A DNA stretch of 63,550 nt, the filler included, from Welwitschia mirabilis (taxonomy: Eukaryota): the NCBI GenBank assembly GCA_051453625.1. It is 5 parts of one record of this genome, joined end to end, with 100 filler letters (N's around TTAATTAATTAA, not from the genome) between each part and the next. Parts side by side here need not be neighbours in the genome. Positions count along the whole stretch, not along the records: positions 1 to 21,856 come from JBOZIK010000001.1; 4 more parts are not named here. One strand, written 5' to 3'. A program made the position numbers and the translations under genes. Shown in pieces: positions 1-14,700 of this stretch. Below the pieces are notes generated by a model. It saw only the letters and a list, made by a program, of their open reading frames with translations, was not told the origin of the DNA and did no database searches. The number at the start of each line of letters is the position of its first letter. Position 1 is the first letter of the stretch.

Positions 1-2783
1 TTATCGAAGACTACCTTGTGACCTTTGTCACAAATTTAACTACTGCTTAATAAATTATGATTTAAATCATTTACATACAAAACTTTATTAATTCTAGGAA
101 GGTTACCTCCACTAATACTTTCAATTCCTTTTATTTTTACTCTCCTGTTATCATCAAAAGTCATTTCTCTCCATCAAATTTGTTTACTTGCTTGAACCTG
201 GATTTTTATCCTATCATATGCCTTGAACACCCACTATCCAGATATCAAGTATTATTATTTGAAACCTTCAAAGCTGTCTAAATTAAAAAACTTTTAAGAT
301 CATTATCTTTTACCCATATAGTGTTTTTAGACTTACGTGGTACATCTCATTTTGAAATAAATTTAAAAGAAAAAGTACTAACTAAGTTAAGAATTTTGAA
401 TGACTAATTTTTCCACAGAAATGACATGTAACTTTTGAAAAGAACTTACTTTATCATGTTACCTGACTTTGATTCCTTTGAGTTTTTTAAGAGAAGAACC
501 TAATACCTATCTTATTACTAGTAGGTTTCTGAACTCCAAATATCTGTTATAATTTGAAAGAGCCACCACAAAATTTGTTAACAAAATGAAATAAATCTTT
601 TACCTGAAGAATGAGGTTAGAGATTTTAGACTTGATCTTCTTATATCTCGATTCCATATCCTCCTTTCCTTGGTAAGAGACTTTATAATCTTGTTCAAAT
701 TATTTATCCTTTTAACTAACTTTTCACACTCTAAGTGTAACTCTTAATAGGTATCCTCTAGATTATCTTATCCTTCATCAAACATATCTAAATCATCATG
801 CTCTAATGAGTTGAATAAATTCTGTAGAGGGGGCACAAATTCCATAAAGGAAAGTCTTTTGTCTTTATCAGATTCTTAAATAGATATGTTTTTACTTTCT
901 CATGACTCCTTTACATTACCACTATTTGCAATATATTTGAAAATATATCCACATACTATTCAAAATATACCAATAAGAGTATAAGTATCTAAAAAAGGCA
1001 TGTTTGAAAAATCAATAGAGGGATTTTTCATATTTAGGTTCTAGAGTCTAGATTGGTTAAAATCTAATAAAGGACTCAACTTAGCTCTGATACCAATTGA
1101 TAGGATTGAGAACCCTTGGGTTGGGGGTGGGAGGGGAGACGGGGGGAGGGGAGGAGGAGGAGGGGGGAACAGGGGAGCATCGAGGGTTTGAATAGGTTCT
1201 TTTAAAAATTAATCAAAATCATCATATACTAAAAACTTGCTCAAAATAACTTGCTAATAAAATTGTGCATATAAAGGAAAAAAAACTAAAAGTATTCAAA
1301 GTAAAGAAACTAGTAGAAAGCATAAAATACTGAATAGGTGTACATAGGATTTTATAGAGGTTCAAGTAATTTCCTACTCCACTCTCAATGATCACCTTCT
1401 TTCCAACCTTCATCTATATCTTTATTAACTCTTTCAAGTATTACAGGTTTACCTGTAATATTTACAAATGGACTTTTGTATATTAAGCCTCAACCTTTTT
1501 AATTGAAATTTTACAGGCCTAGTCTCAATCTTTGGAGGATGTAATAGTAATTGTAAAGATGCCTTGATGCACAAACATTACTCATTCTTTGATACAATGG
1601 TTTTGATGGAGTTCTTCTCCTGTAGATGATACAATAAATAACAAGTTAAATCTGACCTTGAATGCATAGGTACAATAAATAATAGATCTTTCTTAGTCAT
1701 GATCACAAAGCCAAGATTCTTTAATAAAATATCATAATATTTAGTCCTTCGGTCAAGATTCAAAATATATCCCAAAAGTCATTTAGTCATTTCTCTCTTG
1801 GCTATTTATATTGAAAGGATTTTAGGGTTTATTACAATTTAAAATATGCTTTTAATGACTATAAATAGCTAGAAAATAGATATCTAATGGATACAAAATT
1901 GATAGAAAATTTTAGTTCCCTTCTGGTCGATTGACCTCTTAAAAATCTTGTCGATCCTATCTGGTGTCATGACTTACACAGGTTACTTGAGTGAATTTTT
2001 TAGTTACCTAGTTTCTTATAACTCCATGTTTGATTGATTTCTTAGGATTTGGTTAACTCTATCTAGTCACCTGCTAGTCTTGACAAAAGATCATTTCAAT
2101 TTCTTGCATTAAATCCAGTCAATCCTTTCAGGTATCTAGTCAACCCCATGATGATCAGCTTAAGGAGATTAGTTGTACAATGCTCAGGTCTGGTTAATCC
2201 CTTTAAAAGTCTAGTCGATTCCTTAACAATTATTTTAGGAGTACTGTTCTCAGGTTCATAGATCCAGTTGATTCCGTCATAGGTCTAGTCAACCCGTTAT
2301 CATTTAGTTTAGAAATAATGACTCTTGATATCATAGGTCTAGTCGAATACATCAGAAATCTGGTCAACCCCTCTGAATTCAGTTCAATTCTAAGAGTATA
2401 CTCTAGGTGCACTCGATCCCTTAAAAATCTGCTTGACTCCTCAAGAGGGTAAGTAAACTTGACAAGTTTCTAGTGATTATATTTTGATAATTATGGCTTT
2501 AACATTTAACCTATAAATGATTAACATCTTCTACATAAGATACACAAACTTTGCTACACAGAAAACATTTTTTTGATATTAATTAGAAAAATATAATATA
2601 ATACAGGATATATTGATTCTTTTAGAAAAGGTAGAACATATTTTCATCATTTTTCTTATTTTTTATCAATTTTGGAGGTTGTTATTATGCATTCATGTAA
2701 TGTATTTGACATATCTATCAAATCTCGCATGATGTTTTTTATGTATTTTTGATTAAGTAGGCCCCATACGCATAGACCTAACA
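1..2783 (-). mobile_element. 5' part of a decayed Sirevirus-like Ty1/copia element (5' LTR 1098-2783, PBS, gag-protease relic)
   Basis: LTR runs TGTTAGG...CCTATCA on minus, followed by PBS TGGTATCAGAGC. Protease motif YLDSGCSRHMIG at about 210-248. Repeated GTCRAYCC-type motifs at 1925-2440. U5 end matches the LTR at 34517-35673. Confidence 0.85.
1084..1095 (-). promoter_or_regulatory. Primer-binding site, tRNA-iMet
   Basis: TGGTATCAGAGC on minus, 2 nt after the LTR CA end. Confidence 0.9.
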
Positions 2784-5663
2784 AGATAAGGTTAAGATTA
2801 TAGATTAGGAGGTGGGTTTATTAGTGCCATTATAGGTTAAACATATGGAGCTGATACATCCTCCACCTTGAAGCAAACATTCTTTAATGATACAGATGGC
2901 TACCATTCATGTCAAGATACATTTTAGAGATTTCATGACTTAGATAGAGCTTGAGATTAATTAGAGGCTCTCATATCTCCATCTCTAATAGATTATGGAT
3001 GCATATGAATTATGTTATGTATCAGATACATAAGAGTTTTATGAAATCATGCATATTAAGTGTCATCCAGACTCTCATGATCACCTAGTTAACATGATTA
3101 CAGCATATATTTGGGCCCATGAGATTGTCATACTTTCATCCCATATCACATTAATTACAGATCTAGGTGGAATTAGGAGTTTACACATTCATTTGGCTAG
3201 AGGTACTGAGGAGTATCATGCATATGTTTCTACATTAGACATCTCAACTAATTTAATGACAAATAGATGTGGAGTTCTTATCACATAATTGGCCCCCACA
3301 TATAGAGTAATTCATAGAGGGCTGATTCACAACATCAGTCCATCATTTCATAATAATTGAAATGGTCACATACTTATAGATTCTAATAGCTTTTAGGCAG
3401 GAAAAGCAGATGGATTTACTGACCTTCATTTGGAAGAAACTCAAGTCGATGATCGAGGCATGACAGTTATATACTTTGGATTATTCATGCTTCCTTTTAG
3501 CTTTATTCAAAGGATTTAGGATACCAGAGCCCATGGACAAATAGCATCTTTCTCATATTTAGATCTCTGCTCGCTATTTGTATAACATAAGCATACATGT
3601 ACCAAGAGAAGTAGAGCAACTTCAAGTACAGAGACCTATGGTTGGAACTATAGTTAAGTAGATACAGGCCCCCCTAGTAAAGATCATTAAGACCATTAAA
3701 GGTTTTGTGGATCATGATATTCAAACCTTAAACCAGAGGATATATGCTCTAGATTAGAGGACTTAGATATTAGAGTAGAAGATTCTAATAGTTGAGAGAA
3801 GAGCCATTACTCTAAGGACTAGATTATTGGCATTCATTAATACATTGTCTCCATTTAGCAGAGTGTTATAATAGATATTCTAGAGACTATTTGTGTTTAA
3901 GGATATGAGATGGTTAATTGTAGTTCTCCATCATTAGACCTTTATTTTCCTGCTGATCCTGAGCATTCTCCCTCTTCTTCTCATATATGTTAGTCAGCTA
4001 CCCAGATAGGGTTTATTATATGATAATGAGAGGAGTGATTTTGTCATACTTTGTATCTCCTCTTCTATGTATTTTTGTATTGAAACTCATTGTTATAGAT
4101 ATACATATCATTTTTTGAGTTTAGCATGATGTAACTTTTATATAATTTTCATAATTATCTTTCTTTTTTAATGTTATGATGAGAATTAATTTTATTTGAT
4201 TGATCTTTTTATTCATTATTATAAATTCATCAACTGATTATTTATTAAAAAAGTTATCATAAGTTTCTATTTTTAAGACCATCTGTTAAGCCTATCATCC
4301 TTCCTATTGTCCAAAAGATGACTTGGACAATGATATGACTAGTTACTCATTTAGGTAAAACGTTTAGTTTTATGATTTTTCATGATTCAATCTGTATCTT
4401 TGAGATTTCTAAAAAATTTTCTAAGATAATTTATTCAGTACCTTAGCTATTTTTATTATTGAAAAAGTTAGTTAGCAATCATAGTTTACTACATAGTTTT
4501 ATCGGGAACTGATAAGATTAAGTGGGGGACTATATTATGCTACCAACTTCCATATATTTGATAGGATATCTTGAGTAGTTTCAAAGGATATTAGATAGTT
4601 TTATTCTCTATTTCCATAATAATGGAGAGCTATAATAAAAGATACAAAAACATGTGATCTCCATGACATTTGCAGCATTTAGAGTAGTTTAAAATGCCTC
4701 CTGTTTTAAAGCAAACTTCTTGTAAACATTGAGTTTAATGCATTAGATAAAAACTTATAAGAAACCTATCATCCACCATATCATTCAGATAACTATATAG
4801 ATGACGGAATAGTCAAGCTAATAAGGATGCTAACTATAATCAATTTGGTAGATGACATAGATTTTTTATGAGGTGGCATCATCTCCTATATCATCTAGAT
4901 GATCATTAGGATGACATCTATTATAATGTTCTATTGAACATTCACCTAAATTTTGGCATTTGTTTGTGTATCTCTTGCATGGCCGTTAGAGTTGTACCCA
5001 TGCCTATTTGTTTGTTTTATTATTTGTGCATCTTTTGTTAATAAGTATTGATTTTGCCTTCTACTTCATCTTGTCTTTACTTTCACTAGAAATTCTCATG
5101 ATAGAAGATCCAAGGATCGAAGATCCATCCTTGATAGTTGCAAAGAAACATCTTTCTTGGTATTGGGCTGTGCTTCCTTCATTGAGGTGCACCTTCTTTA
5201 TAACATAGATGTAGTTTGATTAATACAAAGAACTCTTTTTAATTTTCTATGCTTATTATTACTTATCCCTTATAGTTTATGTTTCTTCTGATATAGTGAA
5301 AGTTTTTTAAGTGATATAGTTATGAGGGAAAGTTTTTTAAGTGATATAGTTATGAGGGCCACCTTTGTCAAGGTTGAGCATTGTTAATCTAGATGCATTA
5401 TTCTTTTCTCTTCCTAGATTAACTTTGTATAAGTATTTTTCATTGTACTTTTCTACATTATAATTTATATGTGTTGCTAGAATACATAAGTGTTTCTTAT
5501 TAAAATCAATTCTCTTTCTTCTAGCCTGGGCCTTCAATGGATTATAACATTTAGATCCACTCTCGTCTACATTAGTGTATTGTATTATACAAAATATCTA
5601 TTTTATTTATGAATAATAGAATATTTTTGAGCATAATCTTTTACATAAATATACACCATAACA
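2784..5663 (+). mobile_element. 3' internal region, PPT and 3' LTR (about 4533-5663) of Athila-like gypsy element X
   Basis: PPT AAGTGGGGGA at 4520-4529. The LTR is homologous to 12669-13934 and 16823-18078. The pre-PPT sequence matches about 12635-12665. Confidence 0.75.
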
Positions 5664-8600
5664 CATTTTACATAAGATTCTTAAGTTACAGAATCAAATG
5701 AAAGAAACTTTTATTAAGATATTTATGAGGAAAAGTATCATAAGAAAAAGAAGGAAATAAGTTATCAACTTTCAACAACCATCCCATGAAGATTATGCCA
5801 CAACTTATGAATGATTTGTTATAGCTATTCATTACAATCCTATTGATGAACTTTCTAAGGAGGAATTGATAGATTATTTTATAGTGAATTGAATAGTCAA
5901 ACAAAATAACTTATAGACTTTTCTTATGGTGGCAATATGATGAACTTAACTTTGAATGAAGCATGAAAGTTATTAGACAATTTAGTAGAGGTAAGTCAAA
6001 CTTGGCCAAAATCAACATCTAAGGAAAATTAAACTGTAAGCCAAATTATAAAATATCTAAAGAAAGTAAGACATGATAAGAAGAAAAATTAACATGATTC
6101 AACCAAGGTAATTAAGAATTTCAATACTAATTTGGAAAAATATACTCAAATTATAGTTGAGTAAAAAGTTGCAAATGAAGGGAATGTGATTTTAACTCAT
6201 GATTTATGTGAAGATAACTTTTATTTAAGTAAAAAAATTCCCCTTATTGCCAACATGTCAAGAGAGGATGTTTGAGGAAGTGTGTGCATTTAACCAAAAG
6301 CCTTCCAACTTTAAAAATCAATCATGATATCAACAAAGAATGAGTGGGCAATCAAATTGAAAACCTTTTGAGGATAGATTCAAGAACTTAAATTTTCAAC
6401 CAAGTAACTCCAAATTTCACTGAAGTACCTCAAATTTTCAACAAAATCGGAGTGATTAAGGAAAATGCAAGAAAGGACTAACATAACCATTAAAAACCAA
6501 AGTAAAAATATTAAAAATTTAGCTAGCATAGTTTAACAAATGATGTTGATTAATCAATAATCACAAGTATGTCTTGCATCTCAACCTTTACCAAACTTGA
6601 ATAAAGTTAAGAAAGATTAGAAGGTAGTGACTAGAAGTAGAAATGATATAACATTGCCTACCCATGAAGCTTTAACTTTCAAAAATGATTTTTAAAAAAT
6701 AAAAAGATGATGTGAAAATATTAGAAATACATAATTTCCCTTCAACTTTTAAATATAAGTCTATCATGAAAGTTTATTCACAAAAAAATAAAAGAAATAA
6801 ACTAGCTACCCCTTGGCTTGATAGACTAAACATGAATTCTACCTTTAGTGAATACTTGAAAGCCTTAATGCAAGATGTAAGTATCAATGTATCCTTTTGG
6901 AAACTCTTGCAAGAAAATTCTAAGTGTGCTAAGTTGTGGAAGAATCTAGTTAGAAAAAACAAAAATGTACCATTTCTAGTAAGGTCTTTCTTATTCAATC
7001 TATCTCCAACTTAGTCATTAAGAGTGTCCTAAATTCAAAGACCCTAGGGTAGTAATGGTGACTATTCATTTTAAAGGAAATAAGAGAATTAAAAAACTTT
7101 GATAGATATAGGGCCAGGTATAAACATCATGCTTATTCACATATGCAAAAGACTTGGTTTATAAAATAGAGTTAAACCTACATAAATCACCTTAGAGTTA
7201 GGTGATAATTCAATTAATAAACTTATGCAGATCATTAAAGAATTAGTTATTCAAATAGAAAAAGATTTCTACCCTTTAGATCTAGTTATTATTAAAGGAA
7301 AACATGATAGAGGTTACTCACCACTCTTAGAAAGAGCCTTTCATGCAACTATCCACTGTATCATTGACACACAAACTGGAATAATAGAATGTCACATAGG
7401 TAATAAGAAGTTCAGTATTAGAGTTTTTAATGCTACTAAAAAAGATATGGGAGATGAGTAAAACTTAGAAGAAGAAATTAAACAAACTTTATTTTTACAA
7501 CATCACTTGGTTAAAGAGAAATTAATAATACTACATGACAACTCTGTATGATGATCCAACTAAAATAAATAGTATTGATCATAAGGATGAGGAATTTTTA
7601 AATTGAGAAGAAGTATAACATGTGGGATCAAGTAAGAATCTTTTTAATAAGGAGAATAATCAATTACTATCAGACCTAGATAATGGTTAGTGATGGGAGT
7701 TTAATAATAGTAAATAAAGATCACAACTTAGAATTGAAAGAATTACCCGAAGATTTCAAATACATTTTTCTGTTTAACCCTAAGAAATCCTTGGTGATAA
7801 GTAAACATCTTACTTATTGAGTCTCAATTTTAACTTCTAAAGTAAATCCTTTTGTTTAAATCCACAAAGGGTTAGTTTCCATTCTTTCTTCCATAGTTTA
7901 ACATAAGATCTACCTTTAATATAATGCTAAACCAGTTAGGTAAACTCAACAAAGACTTAATCCAATCCTTAAGCAAGTAGTCAATGATGAAATTATTAAA
8001 CTTATGAATTTTGGGATTATCTATGATATATATGATAGTGAGTGCATTAGTCCCTTAATGATAGTACCTAAGAAGGATGGAAAGTGGAGAATGTGCATTG
8101 ACTTTATAAAACTTAACGAAGTTACTAAGAAGGATCATTGTACTTTACCATTTCTAGATCAAATACTTAATAGAATCCAAGGTCATGTATACTACTATTT
8201 TTTTAATAGCTATAGTGGTTATAATTAGGCTTGAATATCTATAAAAGACTAAGTAAAAATAACCTTTACTTTCCTCTTTATAATCCTTGCCTTTAGAAGA
8301 ATGTTCTTTGGACTTTGTAATGTTCTTAGAACCTTTTAATATGTAATGATAAGAATCATTTTTGACATGATAAAGGAATCCATTAAAATATTTATGAACA
8401 ACTTTTTAATATTTGGCAAAACTTTTGAAAAAATTATGAAAAGGTTATAGAAAATCTTAGATAAATGTACAAAAAGTGGTCTATACTTAAGTTGCGAGAA
8501 AATAGTCTTCCTTATTAATAAATGAATTATTTTAAGTCATTAAATTTGTAGTAAGGAAATTAGAATTGACCTTATAAAAATTAGTATCATTCAAAACCTT

Positions 8601-11600
8601 AACCCTCTAACTAATGTTAAAAAAGTTAGATCTTTCCTTGTGCATGTTGGTTTCAATCATCATTTTATTCAAAACTATGCCAAGATTTTAAATCCCTTNN
8701 NNNNNNNNAATTAATTTTAAAATACTTAAAATCTCTTCTGAACCTATTTTAATGGGACCCATTTATAATAAGGATTTTAAACTTATGTGCAATGCCAGCA
8801 ACATTACTATGGATGGGGTTCTTGGCCAAAAATATCAAAAAGATTTTAAATTCATATCTTATCATAGTAAAAATTTATCTAAGGCCTAGTCTAATTACAC
8901 TACCACTAAAAAAGAAATATTTGCCATTACCTTTTGCCTTAATAACCTTAGAAATTTTCTTCTTGACTTTTATACCTATGTTTACATATATCATATAGCT
9001 AATTATTACCTTATGATCAAGAAATATTCTAGTGCTAAAATTATTAGGTGGATCCTTATTATACAAAAATTTAATCTTATCATCATAGGTAATGTTGGAA
9101 AACATAATAATGTTACAAATCCCTTGTCTCAACTTTCTTGTTTTCTTAATGAACTTTTAATCAATGATTGCTTTTCTAATGAATAATTCTTAGCTATTAA
9201 ACAACTCTATGTCCTTTCTTCTACTCATCTTGCTCCAAAATTAATTTATTACCATGAAGAAACCTCAACATTAGAACCATAACAAATGAAAATATTTTTT
9301 CCATAGGATTGATGATTATGAGTTGAATGATCCCCATCTTTATTATAGGTGCAAAGGAAAAATCAGGTATAAATATGTGCCATAATGGGAAAAGCCTAAC
9401 ATTCTTAATCATTGCCATGGTATGGTATGTAGGGGATACTTTAGTGGACAAAAAACTGAAAGAAAAATATTTCATTCTAGTTTCTATTAGTTTATCCTTT
9501 TTAAAGATTCTTTTAACTTTCCTAGAAAATGTAATGCTTATTAACATTATAGTATCCTAATTTGTTCTCAAGATATACCCCCTAAACCTACCCATGAAAG
9601 TAAATCTTTTTATTGTTAGAGGATTTACTTTATACGTTCTATTAAACCAAATTCTCATGATAAAAATTATACCTTAGTGGTTGTTGATTATGTTACTAAG
9701 TGGATTAAATCTATTTCTACTACCATAAATGATGTCTAAACTATTTGTAATTGTTTGAACTCATATCTTTTAGTGCTTTGGTTTCCTTAGGATCATAATT
9801 AGTAATCAAAGAACTCATTTCATTAATTATCTTTTTTAGAAATATCTCATATTCATTCAAATTGAACATCAAATTATTTGTGCTTATCACCCTCAACCTA
9901 ATGATCAAGATGAAAATACAAATAGAAGAATTAATAAGTTTCTTTTAAAACTTATCTCTATTAATAAGAAAACTTGGGCTTCTAAACTTAACAATTCTCT
10001 TTGAACTTACCATACTACTTTACAAAATTATATTGGCTTTCCATCATATGAACGTGTATACGAAAATGTTTATATCTTGCTAGTTGATGTTTGTTATAAC
10101 TCTTATCATTCTATCTATCAACTTAATCTTGTAAACTTAAATGAAAATCTTAGAACTTCATTAGCCAAATTTGATCATGTAAATGAAAAATGTATCAATG
10201 TTATACATCATTAGCATATTTATAAAGCTCGAGTTAAGTTCAAACATGACAAAAAGTTAACCCAAAAGAAATTTGAGCTAGGTTAACTAGTTTTTTAATA
10301 TAATACCTGTGAAACTTGTACATAATAAGTTAACCTTCAAATGGTTAGATCGTTATTTTTAGAAAAGTACATTCTAATAACTTAGTTGAAATTTTAGATC
10401 TAAATAATAAGAAAATTTAGAAAGTTAATAGATAAGAGTTAAAAATTTATGAATCACTTGCCAACCAAACCTTGAACNNNNNNNNNNNNNNNNNNNNNNN
10501 NNNNNNNNNNNNNNNNNAGACTTCCCTCCTACATTATCTAAATTTTCCTTAGGTTATTCCTTTGGCAAATGTTATGCTATCACTTGAATATCTTTTACTT
10601 AACTTATGTATTACTTTATGAAGTTACTATAACTAGTAATCTTCTTAGGCATATTAAGATGATAAGATTGGATTCATCTAATCTAAATACATTTGTATGT
10701 CTATGAACTTCATTTTAAATGAAAATGTCTTTGTTCCTATGTTCTCTCTCAATGGTATGAGTTTTTAGTTTTTTAAGTATGTCCTTCCTTGTTTCTCATC
10801 TTCTTACTTTATGCTTGTTGTTAAGAGTATGTGGTCATTTGGGATTTACTTTTTTAATATTTCTAATAAAAAATCAAAAGAATAAGATAAATAAATAATG
10901 AAAATAATCTTTCATATTGAAGCTAAAAATAAGATCACCATAATGTCTTGTTACACTAGGGTAAATTTTTCCAGGAGGAACTTTTAGTAGTGTTGGTAGC
11001 TTTGGGAATTCCACTAGGAGGTCAATTAGCTATGCTTCATGATTTTTCACTCCTCTAATATTGGTTGCACTCCTTTCATCATGAAAATAATTATCACTTA
11101 GAAGTTACAATAGTAGTAATTTCTTTGATGTTATTAGGGGCATTTCTTTTTTCCTAGACTTATTGTGCATATCATTTTACTTTTTAGTATTTTGGTGCAT
11201 TTTGGTGGAAGTAGGTAAGTCCATTTTTTAACAGCTTTTAATCTTTTCATTCATTGAGCCATAACATTAGAACTACTTAACACCATCATAATCATTACCT
11301 AATTAACTGGTACTTTATAAATTTTTTACATTATGTCATGCATCATTAATTAAATGATTTTATGTTCTTTGCCAAGGAATTTTACAAGCTTAGAATTTAG
11401 GGTAGGTATTTAATCTTTTTCATATATCAAGTTTTCCATTTTTATTTTGTTTTCCTTAGTTATTTTACTTGGTATTTTAAAGTTATTTCCATACCTTTTC
11501 ATCATAATGTTTAGGACTTAATCATTCCATAGTTTCTTGTTGTCTTTTTGTTTTCACTTATAGTTTCTATTCATATGGGTTGACCTTCTTTTAGCACTTT

Positions 11601-13934
11601 GACAAATGATATTTTATTAATTTATGATGCTACTTTTTTCCATATTTTTAAGTTTTAGCACACCAACTTACTAATCTTGAATGATTTTAAGTTCGAGCAT
11701 ATTGAGAATTTCTTTTAACATTAGTTCTTGCTACTTGGTGCATTATCACTATCCTATCCTAACACTCTTTTCTCTACTATGAGTTCTTCTCGTTTTCATG
11801 ATTTATTAGTGATGATTTCTTAGCTTTTACCCATCTTTTAGACTTCATAATAACTTTTTAAGGTTTTACTATTGCTATCATTAACTTTTCAACTCTTTGG
11901 ATAACATTTGATTCTTTCTAATCATTGTCCTATGTGTGTAGTCATACGAGGACCTTGACAACATAAGCTTCTTCTTATGTTATCACATGGTTATTTCAAG
12001 CTTTCATGATATATATATATATATATTATATGCTAGTCTAGTTATGATCTTATATTATTTGTAATATACACATTATCGATATTATTTAGTACACCATAGT
12101 AGAGTAGTTGAAAGATATTCTTATAGGTGTGGTCTAAAAGATTTGGGAATCCATGGATGATAAAAGTGATATTATGATTATATATTTACCTTTTATGGAT
12201 TATACTCACTGATTGATGTACATGCATCATTTTGAATTATCACTATTTTAATTACACACACATTATTATTTTTTAAAGTTATCATGATTATATCTTATGA
12301 TAGTTTTTGTATATGAAATTTCATTTTTATTTTTTCTAATGTATCAAACATTTTAAGTAGGGATCTAATATAGTTTGTAAGTACTCTAATCTTGTTTTCT
12401 AATGATCATGATCATAAGCATTTGATTTTTCCAGTCAACTTTTGAAGCTTGTCATTAGGATCAGCATTCGGATGGATAATAATATGGTCGCATGCTCTAC
12501 TAAGATAATATGTCTAGTTCATCAAATTTTGATAATTAATCCTACATGATAATATTTTTGAACTAAATTCATATCTCCCTAGTTGCTATTTGTCTTAGTT
12601 AATTTGACTCATAATTTATAGGTGTTTACTTACTTTATCAAGAATTGACAAGGCTAAGTGAAGGATTATGTTGTGATGCTAAATTGTATGTATTTGATGG
12701 GGTATTTTGAGTCCTTTTTTAGGACATTTAGATAGGTTTAAGTGAAGTTTCAATAATTATGTAGTAAACTAATGGGATGGTCATGGAAATGTATAATCCT
12801 TATCATATTTGAAGTAATTTTAGATGGACCCTAATACTTAGCATTGTAAGAAATAGTATAATGACTTAGGAGGCTGATTTCTCTTAACTGGAGAACTCAG
12901 GAAAATGTTGTCCACATAGTTATATAGATGATAGTCATTAGATGATTATACAATTTGAAGCTGATAGGGATGCTAATATGGACTAGAACTAAAAAATAGT
13001 GAATCATCTTTTGTTATAAGATGTCATCTCTTATAATTATCCAGACAACTGTTAGGATAATAACTATTTTATATGATAAATAAATTATTTTTGTAATGGG
13101 GTCATGCACTTCATTTGGACTGTTAGACTTTCATTTTTCACTTATAGGGTTTTTCTTTAGAATTATCCATGTAGAATGATAAATACCTCCTTAGCCTCAC
13201 TTTCAATTATCATCTTTTATACCAAAAAGTCTTATGATGAGAGATTAAAGGATAAAATATGGATCTTAGCTACAGAGAGAACTCTTTCTTAGTGTTGGAA
13301 TCTATATTCTTCATTGAGGTGCTACTGCTTTGTAAGTGGATACTTTATTCAAGATTAATAAAAATATTTATTTATTTCTATTAGGTTTATGTCCCTTATG
13401 GTTTATGTTGATTATGATTCTATGAAAGTTTCATAATTGATCTAGGTCATAAGGGAAACCTTTAAGAGGTTGATACTATTAGTTTAAGTATTTAAATTTA
13501 ATTTCATCTTGCATTTTCATAGTTATAATAGTTGCTTTTATATATTATATTTAATTTACTTTATAGCTTATATTGGTTAGGATTAAGTGATACGTTTTTT
13601 AATTTATCTAAGTTATACATGTCGATTTTGGTGATAGAAACATTGGTAGTTGAATGGATTCATTACTTAGAGTTATTTCATTTGCATCTCATTTATAATC
13701 ATTTCATTAGCATTTATCTTGCATTATATTTCTACATTATTTCTTATTTTTATTTTATTAATTTAAAAAGACCAAAAATATTTTACTAAAATCAATTCTC
13801 TAACTTCTAGCCTAGTTCTTTTAATGGATTATGACATTCAAGTTAACTCCCAACTATACCAATTGTGCAAGCATTTATGATTTATAGGAATTGATTAAGG
13901 ATTTAAATATTGCATAAATATAAACACAATACCA
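5664..13934 (+). mobile_element. Decayed Athila-like gypsy element Y: partial gag, PR (about 7040-7440), RT-RH (about 7730-9080), IN (about 9300-10470), long 3' region, 3' LTR 12669-13934
   Basis: RT motif ISPLMIVPKKDGKWRMCIDFIKLNEVTKKDH..LPFLDQIL. KFKDP lies upstream of the protease. Domain order is gypsy-type, with many stops. LTR runs TGTTGTGATGC...ACCA after a degenerate PPT. Confidence 0.88.
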
Positions 13935-14079
13935 TATTTTATCTTATTATTCTATAATTGCAATGGTTTCCTATTATGGACTATGATTTCTAGCTAATCT
14001 GTAGATGTTTTTTTATACATATGAGATGTTCAAACAATGGTTTAGTCAATATCCCATACTATCTATTAATAAAATAAAC

Positions 14080-14700
14080 TAGAGAAAATTGAAAAGCCTA
14101 ATGTAAAAGAGATGGAAAAGATATTTTCCATGAAAATTCAAAATTTTATATGCTAATCTTTTCATCCTACACATCATTAAAGATGAAAAAAGCTTAAAAG
14201 AAAAAGAATATGAGTGAAAGTTTACTTTATGGTTGAGAAGTATTTCCTTTAATGTTACTTGTAGTTTAATTTCTAGAGTTATAGGTCTACCTAGTCATAA
14301 TTTTCATTCATTTACATTAGAGAAATATTTTCCTTTATTATGTAATGAGTTGGATATGAAGTATACCCTAAATAGGAAGGGAATCAAATTATGTTAAAAT
14401 CTATATAAAAATTAGTCACCTCCATTTAGATTCACTATTAAAACTGTGTACCCCTTATGTTACCAATTGTTACTTCTTCTCTTTATTCATCATATCCATT
14501 ATTCAAAAGAATAAGAGGTTTAACATGTATAAGTTTATTTTTACGTGTACTTAATAAGGTAAGAGGAAAAATTAAAAACCTTCCCCTTTTCATTGTTTTT
14601 AGTGATATTTTAAGATATGTAAATATTAGTAAACCTCTTTATGTTAAGTGGTGAAATGATAAGAGAATATACTACATCATTAAAAGATATCACATATGAA
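14080..14700 (+). pseudogene. Relic of a retrotransposon extra/env-like ORF (putative plant transposon protein type)
   Basis: Fragments F(Y)ANL, ISFNVTCSLISRVIGLP and NLPLFIVFSDIL parallel LFYCN, ITLDMISEVTGFP and SLLFGCLITALL in the ORF at 41336-41902. Confidence 0.5.
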
